Below the pieces are notes generated by a model, which was given only the letters and a program-made list of their open reading frames with translations, was not told the origin of the DNA and did no database searches. A program made the position numbers and the translations under genes. This document shows, in pieces, positions 7,742-15,158 of a DNA stretch of 17,093 bases. The stretch is from NCBI GenBank assembly GCA_965215885.1, contig CBDCEW010000010.1, positions 1 through 17,093 on the forward strand, in the 5' to 3' direction. Position 1 is the stretch's first letter. The number at the start of each line of letters is the position of its first letter. This stretch comes from Candidatus Moanibacter sp. GTDB taxonomy: Bacteria > Verrucomicrobiota > Verrucomicrobiia > Opitutales > UBA2987.

Positions 7742-10078
7742 TTATTCTTTAGCGATGGATCTATGCCCAACCAAGGATTTACCTGCGATTCCCTTGCCGT
7801 CAGAGGCGTAAGCAAGCGGGCATTTGGTGCCCATTTTTGTCTTTTGATCCTGCATCGTAATCTGTTCGATGGATCCGTGCCAGAAAGCAATGCGCTCCCG
7901 TTTCCAGGTGTAAGTGATTGCCATGCCGAGGGTAGTGGGAATGATCGTTGGATAGGAGAATTCACCGGGCTCGGTTTCAATATCGAGTCGGTATGGCCAG
8001 GTCTCTCCGTTGTTGAAGGATAGGGCAATGGACAGCGGTGTGCGCACCCCGCTTGTTTCGACGGGGTTGTGGACGAGAGCAAGAGCTCCGTCGTGGAGTT
8101 TTGCGATATCGATTCCGCTGTTGTTGTTCGGGAGGTCAGTTTCGTAAAGCGGTTCCCAGGATTTGCCACTGTCGGTGGAATCGCTCCTCCAGATTCTGCC
8201 GCTCGTCGTTCTCACGAGCATGTGAACGTGGCCCGGATTCGATTCCCAGAGTGTCGGTTGAATGGCGCCCTTTCCCGAGCACTCGTCATGATTGAGAGCG
8301 ATGAAATTGCCACGATTCCAAGTGGCGCCATCGTCGTTGCTCCGGTCCACGAATACCTCCCATTGGCCATCGATGGTCGTCGAATTGGGAGCGATCCAGG
8401 TCCTATCCTCCAGTATGATCGGTTTATTCTTGGAAGGTCCCGGGGTGATCGCCTCAAGGGGCGCCAACTCATTCGGCTCACTCCAATATGCCCCGTCGTC
8501 GTCGCTTGTCATAAACCACGTCCGCCATTTTCGGTGAGTCCCGAGCCCGACCTTGAAGTAGAGATGGACGTTGCCACTCGGCGTAGCGAATAGGACAGGA
8601 TTCCAATGCGGTTCATTCTTCACTTTGGCCATCAATCGCGGCGCGCTCCAACGCCCTTGGTACCTCTCCGCCAGCCAGATACCGACGTCATTATCCCCCT
8701 CGCGCGTGCCCCCAAACCAGGCCGCAAGAATGCGGTTGTTGCGCAATTGGACGAGGGTTGAGGCGTGACATTGGGCAAAGGGACGATCGCAATCAAAGAT
8801 GTGCTCTCGGATGAGAAGCAGTTTTCGTTGATAGTCGCCGTAGTAGGAGAGGTCGAGCGACTGCCCATTTGCTTCAATCGTCGATTGAAGTATCCGGATG
8901 TTGATTCCCGGCAGGTCGGTGTCGTCCTCAAGGCATTGTCTGACTGCCGTTCCCGCGCCATATCCCATTGCCTGCACAATGGCCATGACCCTGAATGAAC
9001 TCATCGCCAGCTGTTCGGCCGACGCCCCGCGACCCGGAACGAGGACGTTCTTTGCCCCTTTTGGGATGAGGGCGCGAAGGGGTATATGATAGGGTTCCAC
9101 ATTGTCGAAAATGCCTTCTTTGGCGAAATGTTTCGTATCGCTGCGGTGGTAGTCGAAGTGATAAGTATTGATGGCAATGGCATCGTCAAAAACGACGGCA
9201 TGGTGGGCTTCCTCGTTCGTGAGAACGTGCTCTCCGACAATCCTCCGTTCTTCCCTTACGCCGATCCCCCTGGAAACCGAAGCGAGAACGTGCCGGTCAA
9301 AAACCTGGCCGCGAAACCCTTGTGTCTGGAGGTAGTAGATCATCGCCACCATCCGCTGACGAGCGAAGATCTCGGCCTGTGAACGGCCGAATCCGTCGGC
9401 GGCGTCGAAACCCGTGATCTTCATCTTTACCTCGACCTTTCCACTTTCAAAAACGTGGGTGTCCATCAGCGGTGTCTCCTCGAGTTTTGTCCAGCGAGGC
9501 AGTCCCGGCGGTAGAAACGGCTTTACCGGTTTCCCGGAATCCCAGAGCGTGAAATAGAGGCTCATGGGAAGGTGTTTGTTGGCGCCCTCGGTGACGACGG
9601 GGTAACCCAGGATATGCGGCACTACACAGATGCCCGATGCATCGATAACAAAGCGCGGCCGGCACTTGTAGAGTGTGCTGGCTGTCGAAATGGTGAGTTC
9701 CGTGACCTGTCCATCTACTTCATATGCATCGATGACGCGGGAGTGGAGAAGGATTTCAATGTTCCTTTCCAATACCATCTCCTGCAGAAAGTAGGCGCAC
9801 CATTCCAGATCGTAAGCGCGGCGGTCATCATTTGGATTGTAGTCACTGATAAAGTTGTGCTCCGACAAACGGTCGATCAATTCGCGAAACAGGTTATTCA
9901 CCCGATTGGAGTCACCGCAAAATCCCGCTACACCGCCAGCAGTTCCCTGTCCACCGAGGACATTGCTCGGCTCGACGATGAGGACACGATTGTCATCAGT
10001 TTTGGCAGCCATCGCCGCCATTAAGCCAGACATACCGGCACCCACGACGACGAGATCATACTCCTCAGGTAGGGACAT
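7742..10078 (-). CDS. Fusion protein: FAD-dependent oxidoreductase plus C-terminal BNR/Asp-box sialidase-like beta-propeller
   Basis: N-terminal VVVGAGMSG, LGGQGTAG, GVREERRIVG, YHIPLRALIP, SSFRVMA. C-terminal CHASTL, AAWFGGTREG, four Asp-boxes (SDDDGAYW, SNDDGATW, STDSGKSW, SFNNGETW) and EFSYP. Confidence 0.9.
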   Translation of the reverse strand: MSLPEEYDLVVVGAGMSGLMAAMAAKTDDNRVLIVEPSNVLGGQGTAGGVAGFCGDSNRVNNLFRELIDRLSEHNFISDYNPNDDRRAYDLEWCAYFLQEMVLERNIEILLHSRVIDAYEVDGQVTELTISTASTLYKCRPRFVIDASGICVVPHILGYPVVTEGANKHLPMSLYFTLWDSGKPVKPFLPPGLPRWTKLEETPLMDTHVFESGKVEVKMKITGFDAADGFGRSQAEIFARQRMVAMIYYLQTQGFRGQVFDRHVLASVSRGIGVREERRIVGEHVLTNEEAHHAVVFDDAIAINTYHFDYHRSDTKHFAKEGIFDNVEPYHIPLRALIPKGAKNVLVPGRGASAEQLAMSSFRVMAIVQAMGYGAGTAVRQCLEDDTDLPGINIRILQSTIEANGQSLDLSYYGDYQRKLLLIREHIFDCDRPFAQCHASTLVQLRNNRILAAWFGGTREGDNDVGIWLAERYQGRWSAPRLMAKVKNEPHWNPVLFATPSGNVHLYFKVGLGTHRKWRTWFMTSDDDGAYWSEPNELAPLEAITPGPSKNKPIILEDRTWIAPNSTTIDGQWEVFVDRSNDDGATWNRGNFIALNHDECSGKGAIQPTLWESNPGHVHMLVRTTSGRIWRSDSTDSGKSWEPLYETDLPNNNSGIDIAKLHDGALALVHNPVETSGVRTPLSIALSFNNGETWPYRLDIETEPGEFSYPTIIPTTLGMAITYTWKRERIAFWHGSIEQITMQDQKTKMGTKCPLAYASDGKGIAGKSLVGHRSIAKE

Positions 10079-10135
10079 CGATCTCGATCTTCAGCTCACC
10101 GTCGCTACCCTTCAAGCATCAATTACCTGGCTCGA

Positions 10136-10212
10136 CCACGTTCTTGTCCCGCTCGGCGGGACGGCTACAATGTTCAGGAAGTCGTTGAAACATGTAGCCG
10201 TCCCGCCGAGCG
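10136..10212. repeat. GTAG-type REP doublet: intact left arm plus first part of the IS-interrupted right arm
   Basis: Left arm 10136-10169. Right arm starts at 10193 (TGTAGCCGTCCCGCCGAGCG) and resumes after the IS at 11826-11839. The rejoined right arm is a perfect 34-bp reverse complement of the left arm. Confidence 0.88.
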
Positions 10213-10226
10213 CATACGCGTAAACC

Positions 10227-10427
10227 TTATTTTCGCAACTTAGTCAGATTCAAAGACTTGCGAGGTATTTTGCGGCGGAGTATGAGGGTGTCTCTATCCT
10301 CGAGGTTCCACTCCATTTGTTCGCCCTTTTCTATTTGCTTCGTTTCGACCACAGCGGTGAGGAAATTCGCAGTTGAGCGAGTGCATTTTGGCCGGGTTAT
10401 CTTCTCTACTTTTACCGTCTACCCCAT
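10227..10427 (-). pseudogene. Degenerate small AbrB/MazE-like DNA-binding protein gene inside the IS4 left end
   Basis: Translates MG*TVKVEKITRPKCTRSTANFLTAVVETKQIEKGEQMEWNLEDRDTLILRRKIPRKSLNLTKLRK*. IEKGEQMEW..ED..TLILRR resembles the AbrB-fold pattern. In-frame TAG at codon 3 (10419-10421). Confidence 0.6.
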
Positions 10428-10488
10428 TTTTTCACTTTGGCAGCATTTTATACTGTACATTCGTTCATATATAGGATTTATCCTTCGG

Positions 10489-11808
10489 ATGCAAAGTATA
10501 AAAAAAGCTGATTGTATCCGTCAAACCTTCCGTAAGTTGAACCTCACAGCCCTCGCTAAACAGAGTGGTTTTAGAGAGAGGAAATCGCGCAAGATCTCCC
10601 CTCTGAACTTTGTTTTGGCTTTGCTGGCGATGGCTTCTAAGGGGGCCTTGTCCCTTGGCAAAGAAGCCGAGCTTATTGGATTCTTAGCCAACCGCACCAT
10701 TTCCAGACAAGCGGTCCAAAAGTGCGCCAAAAAAGCCACCGCTTTTATGACCTTAGTGCTCCTGAGGCTTTTAGAACTTAAAGCTTATGGGCCTGTGGGC
10801 AGAGCTGTTCCAAATTGCATGAGGAGCTTTGAACGGGTTCTCATTGCCGACAGCACTTCGATTGGCTTGCCTAAGGTCCTGGCCCCCTTCTTCCCCGGAG
10901 CGTCCAATCAGACAGGCTCCAAACAGGCTCAACTGAAGATTCAGGCCTATTACGATCTGCGCAATGAATCCTTCGTTGACTTCAGCCTCAGTAGCTTCCG
11001 AAAAAACGATCAGGCTGCTTCCAAAGACATTCTCGCTCTCGCTCAACCCAACGACTTGATCCTGCGCGACTTAGGCTATTTTGTCCTCGATGTCTTTAAG
11101 CAACTCGATCAGCGCGGCTGCTTCTTTGTGAGTCGTTTGAAAACCGGCACTTGCCTTTTAGCCAACGAAGGCGATGAAGAGCTCGATCTACGCAAACTTT
11201 TACGTGGCCAAAAGCTTCTCGATATGCCCGTTCGGGTGGGTAAAAAAGCCAAGCTTCCGGTTCGTCTGATCGCCGTCAAACTCCCTCAGAAGGTGGCCCA
11301 TAAACGCCGCCGCGAGCATAGACAAAACCGCGACAATAGACTTCGATATACCAGCCGCACCAGCTTCCTTCTCGGTTTCCAAATCTTTATTACCAACCTC
11401 CATCAGAAAGACTTTAGCCCTAAGCAGATTCTGAGCTTTTACGGGCTTCGCTGGCGCATCGAAATTTTCTTTAAGGCCTTTAAGCAACATCTTAATCTCG
11501 GTCAGGTCAAAGAGACTACTCCCTACCAGGTTGAGCTTCTTATCTACGCCCGTCTCATCCTCATTACCCACTTACTCAACTTCGTCTATGGTCCCCTTAG
11601 ACACTATTCGAATACCAGTTTGTCCTCTCCTCTGAGTATCCTTAAATTCTCCTACTGGTTTGGCTTCTTTGCTCCCTACTTCTTCATCCTCTCTCACCTT
11701 CCCAAAGATCAGATCATCCCCCGATGGCTCAAACAAATCCCCAAACACTGCACCTATGAAAAGCGTTCTCGTCTTGATTTCCTCTCTTGTTTCTTCTCCT
11801 TAGGTTAA
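10489..11808 (+). CDS. IS4-family transposase
   Basis: LIADSTSI (D), LRDLGYF (D) and YGLRWRIEIFFK (Y-2-R-3-E-K signature). ATG at 10489 preferred over the 10258 extension. Stop lies within IRR. Confidence 0.95.
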   Translation: MQSIKKADCIRQTFRKLNLTALAKQSGFRERKSRKISPLNFVLALLAMASKGALSLGKEAELIGFLANRTISRQAVQKCAKKATAFMTLVLLRLLELKAYGPVGRAVPNCMRSFERVLIADSTSIGLPKVLAPFFPGASNQTGSKQAQLKIQAYYDLRNESFVDFSLSSFRKNDQAASKDILALAQPNDLILRDLGYFVLDVFKQLDQRGCFFVSRLKTGTCLLANEGDEELDLRKLLRGQKLLDMPVRVGKKAKLPVRLIAVKLPQKVAHKRRREHRQNRDNRLRYTSRTSFLLGFQIFITNLHQKDFSPKQILSFYGLRWRIEIFFKAFKQHLNLGQVKETTPYQVELLIYARLILITHLLNFVYGPLRHYSNTSLSSPLSILKFSYWFGFFAPYFFILSHLPKDQIIPRWLKQIPKHCTYEKRSRLDFLSCFFSLG

Positions 11809-11816
11809 CGCAAATG

Positions 11817-11839
11817 CGCCGAGCGGGACAAGAACGTGG
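11817..11839. repeat. Target duplication plus distal part of the interrupted REP arm
   Basis: CGCCGAGCG followed by GGACAAGAACGTGG, complementary to 10136-10158. Confidence 0.85.
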
Positions 11840-12000
11840 GAGTTTTTCAGCAGAATCGGTTCCTCTATCTAACGAGCGGGCTAATTCTTTGCCGTTCGTG
11901 TGTCAGTCGATGTCTTCCTCTCGGAAAATTGACAACTGCGCGATACTCCAGAAGATATTCTCAGTTTCCGAGATACTGAGTAACGATGAAGTTTCGATCG

Positions 12001-12770
12001 ATGACTACAGGCTCACCTCATTCCTTAAAGCCCGACGAATGTCTGCACTACCATGAGAATGGTGTGATTGGGCCCTATACATTGTGTGAACCGGAAGAGA
12101 TGGCTGCCTACAGGAATCGAATTGAGGAGGAAGTATTGGCGATTCAGCCGTCCTTCAAGTCACTCGGTGCCACTCCGAACAGCCCGCGTCACTATCGACA
12201 TTTGGACTGCCGCGTTGTGAATGATCTATGCGCTCACCCCGCTATTGTCGATCGTCTCGCTTCCCTGTTTGGTCCGAATTTGCTTCTCTGGAGAACATCG
12301 ATTCTCCTAAAGGAAACGGGGGCGGACGAAGGTTTGCGCTTCCCCTGGCACCAGGACGGTACTTACTTCAAGCTCGTTCCAGAAGCGAATGTATCGTTCT
12401 GGCTCGCGATCGATGAGGCGACCGAAGAAAATGGTTGCGTCCAACTGATTCCCGGAACCCATACATTCATTTTACCTGAAGTCTCCAGTGCAGATGATGA
12501 TTTTCTCGGAAAAAATCGGACATCAAAGGGATTGATACCTCAAATCCTATCAAGATGATTCTTCGGCCCGGTCAGTTCTTCATCTTCAGTAACCGCACCC
12601 TGCATTCTTCCCAGGCGAACCTCTCGGGAAAGAGACGAATGAGCCTGGTCGGGCGGGTAGTGCCGACGATCGTTAAGGTGGACCGTCCCTTTGAAAAGGA
12701 GGAGGGGGTTCTTCTGCTCTGCGGAAAGGACGAAATGGGTTTCAACCGCGTCGTCGATCCGCCGGCGTGA
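12001..12770 (+). pseudogene. PhyH-family dioxygenase split by a single frameshift
   Basis: ORF 11986-12558 has YHENGVIGP, WHQDGTY and LIPGTH. ORF 12555-12770 supplies LRPGQFFIF...LHSSQANLSGKRR. One extra A in the A6 run at 12510-12515 gives a continuous ~256-aa protein. Could be a sequencing error. Confidence 0.8.
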
Positions 12771-12832
12771 GAGTTGGGAATTTTCTCCAAGCAAGTGCAT
12801 TGAAAGGTTTTGTTCTCTAGGAATCTATCGGC

Positions 12833-13687
12833 ATGCAGTTTGGAGTTAATGTGCCCAACTATGGGGTTCACGCATCTCTAGAGACGATGGTCCGGGTTGC
12901 TGAGGCAGCGGATGAACTGGGCTACGACATGCTCTGGGTGGCGGAACGCCTAGTGGTGCCCGATCCGGCGAACCAGGGTTGGAGCAAGAGGGATCCTACC
13001 GCTTATGAGCCTTTGGTCACTCTTGCCTTTCTGGCTTCGATGACGCGGAAAGTTAGGCTGGGAACGAACATTCTGATTGCGCCCTTTCGAAATCCTCTCG
13101 TGCTGGCGAGACAGGCGGCAAGCCTGGACAGGCTCTCAGGAGGACGTCTGATCCTCGGCCTGGGCCTGGGTTGGATGACAGAAGAGTTCCAAGCCGCCGG
13201 AATCGAATTCAAGGAGCGAGGCCTGCGCACCGATGAGACGATTGATCTTCTCCGGGAAGTATGGGAAAATCGTCGACCGAGTTATTCCGGACGGTTCGTT
13301 CAATTTCCACCCGTGCACTTCGAGCCAAAGCCGTTGCAAAAGAGGATCCCGATCTGGATCGGGGGTACGAGCGACGCTGCGCTCCGCAGAGTAGTGCGCC
13401 GGGGCGACGGCTGGACGCCCACCGGCTTGAGTTTGGAACAGCTGGAGGAAAGGATCTGTTTCATCAAGGAGGAAGCCCGGTGCCGGCAGCGCGGGGTTGA
13501 AGAGATTACTCTATGTTGCGGCTGTCCGTTCGAAGGCGATGGACGCGGCGTCGCAGCGATGCGGGAAGCGTTGGAGACTTATCGGGGGCTCGGCATCAGT
13601 CACTTCCGGCCCGGCTTTAACTACGAAACCGTGGACGAATTGATCACGCAGATGCAAGTCTTTGCCGAAGAGTTCGTGCGAGCTTAA
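12833..13687 (+). CDS. LLM-class (luciferase-like) oxidoreductase, resembling putative F420-dependent subfamilies
   Basis: AEAADELGYDMLWVAERLVVP, EPLVTLAFLA, RLGTNIL, LDRLSGGRLILGLGLGW, PIWIGG, GDGW. Confidence 0.92.
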   Translation: MQFGVNVPNYGVHASLETMVRVAEAADELGYDMLWVAERLVVPDPANQGWSKRDPTAYEPLVTLAFLASMTRKVRLGTNILIAPFRNPLVLARQAASLDRLSGGRLILGLGLGWMTEEFQAAGIEFKERGLRTDETIDLLREVWENRRPSYSGRFVQFPPVHFEPKPLQKRIPIWIGGTSDAALRRVVRRGDGWTPTGLSLEQLEERICFIKEEARCRQRGVEEITLCCGCPFEGDGRGVAAMREALETYRGLGISHFRPGFNYETVDELITQMQVFAEEFVRA

Positions 13688-13693
13688 TTTCTT

Positions 13694-13767
13694 CCGGTTT
13701 CTTGTGAAACCGGCTACATTGATTAACGATTTTCGATTCCAGAGTAGCCGGATTCGCAAGAATCCGG
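13694..13767. repeat. GTAG-type REP doublet between convergent genes
   Basis: Left arm 13694-13717 (reverse complement GTAG-CCGGTTTC-ACAA-GAAACCGG) and right arm 13744-13767 (GTAG-CCGGATTC-GCAA-GAATCCGG). Confidence 0.82.
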
Positions 13768-14985
13768 TCAGTCCACTTCATCAAGGGTGCGCACGCGCAT
13801 ACGGCCAAAAGAGGAGACGTGCGGCTCGCGTCCTACCACCCCGTAGTGCAGTCCGATTGCGTCCATTCCGCGGTATTGCGGTCTCGTGATATCGGAGAGA
13901 AAGGGAATCCAGTAACCGGGAATTTCGAATCCGGGAATCTCCTGGTACTCTCCCGTGTAGCGCGAAAGAGCCGTAAATTTCATTGGAACTCCGTCGAGCC
14001 ACCAACGGTATCGCCCCGACGCCTCCCACCGTATCTTTAAATGGTATATCTTATCGGAAATCGGAACCGGCTCATCGCAATAGGCCTGGTCGCCGGCGGC
14101 ATGGAGCCTTTTCGTAACGTCACTGTAGACCGTAAAGGCGTACTCGCAAAAGAACCTTCCGAAAATAATCCCTACTTTGACCGGCCAATTTGACTCGGCT
14201 ACGGAATCAATACCGTCGAGCTGGTGTGTTTCGATGACAAACTCCTTTCGAACATCCTCAGTCTTAAATTCGCATTCCAGCTCCCCGCTGGACAGAGATT
14301 GGGGCAGCTCTCCCGTGGTCCATCCGTATGGACTAGTTATCTCCAGCCAGCGATTATCGACTGGGCGCGTCCGGGTTGCCTCCATGCGGTCATGCGGGTA
14401 ACCGGGCGCCACCTTTGACCAGGGCTTCCAATGAATCGGGAAGACTTCCTCTTCCACTAGCGTGTCGTTCCGGTACTCACAATAATGACCCAGCCGGATT
14501 CTCAAGGCCGGATGGCTTCCCGAGGAGTAGGGATGGATGCAGAATGCACGCAGCTCCAACTTGCTGATGTCCTGGCCATTCCCGATGAGTCCAATAGATA
14601 TCGCCAGCGGATCATCATCGTCGAACGAGAAATCGAATGTCCTGTTTGTGAAATCAAAATTGTGGAATCCAAACCTATGTAGATCCGTCTCGAGACCGTA
14701 AGGAATCTGTGGCGGCGGAAAGGAGATTTTCGGGTCAACAAGACACCGTCCCCGGCACCAGGTGATCGCTTTTCCCGTGTCGAATTTGGCGACCTCCTCT
14801 ACCTTGAATCCATCATATTCATCGTCAGATTGCATGAGGCGGATCCAGCCGTCCCTATCGACCCGGCAATCGACCATGAGTTCATCGTCACTGTCGTAAA
14901 GACGAATGGCGTAGATCTTCCCGATATCGATTCTGTCTTCGCCGCCGAATCGCCAGACCTTTCCGGGAATGACTCTCATTCCCAC
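13768..14985 (-). CDS. Hypothetical protein (405 aa, no recognised family)
   Basis: Long ORF filling the space between the REP doublet and the ISAs1 element with natural-looking composition. Start may be ATG 14979, which has GAGG upstream. Confidence 0.7.
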   Translation of the reverse strand: MGMRVIPGKVWRFGGEDRIDIGKIYAIRLYDSDDELMVDCRVDRDGWIRLMQSDDEYDGFKVEEVAKFDTGKAITWCRGRCLVDPKISFPPPQIPYGLETDLHRFGFHNFDFTNRTFDFSFDDDDPLAISIGLIGNGQDISKLELRAFCIHPYSSGSHPALRIRLGHYCEYRNDTLVEEEVFPIHWKPWSKVAPGYPHDRMEATRTRPVDNRWLEITSPYGWTTGELPQSLSSGELECEFKTEDVRKEFVIETHQLDGIDSVAESNWPVKVGIIFGRFFCEYAFTVYSDVTKRLHAAGDQAYCDEPVPISDKIYHLKIRWEASGRYRWWLDGVPMKFTALSRYTGEYQEIPGFEIPGYWIPFLSDITRPQYRGMDAIGLHYGVVGREPHVSSFGRMRVRTLDEVD

Positions 14986-15158
14986 CTCGACCTTTCCACG
15001 CCCGTCAGTAATCGGCTCTTTGAGAAAGCGGCAACATTCAATTCCCTCTTTGCCGACCCCCTCCAGGGTAAAAGGATTCCAGGAAGCAACTAGCTGATAA
15101 GCAAGAAGATAAAAAAAGAGCTAAACAAACCCGAGGGAATCAGTCATGTTAAGATGGG

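Larger units (their letters stand above)
10213..11816 (+). mobile_element. IS4-family insertion sequence (CAT-ended, IS231/ISH8-like), 1604 bp
   Basis: IRL CATACGCGTAAACCT versus reverse complement of IRR CATTTGCGTTAACCT (12/15). 9-bp direct repeat CGCCGAGCG at 10204-10212 and 11817-11825. Confidence 0.93.

Noticed and set aside
10419..10421. TAG recoding (alternative genetic code) to rescue the AbrB-like gene
   Set aside because: TAG serves as a normal stop for the peptidase (1203-1205) and the PhyH gene (5981-5983).
10258..10488. 77-aa N-terminal extension of the IS4 transposase in the ORF track
   Set aside because: It is the antisense shadow of the AbrB-like frame and looks unnatural. 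ATG 10489 gives a typical IS4 transposase length.
11929..11960. Sigma70 promoter from TTGACA at 11929-11934
   Set aside because: No acceptable -10 hexamer at 16-18 nt spacing.
11986..12558. SyrB2/BarB-type Fe/2OG halogenase
   Set aside because: The iron motif is HQD with the Asp retained, whereas halogenases have Ala or Gly there. The same holds for 5981-6835.
15050..15063. Target-site duplication for the ISAs1 element
   Set aside because: The left flank (CCGACCCCCTC) and right flank (GAATGGGGGGC) share no direct repeat, only loose complementarity.
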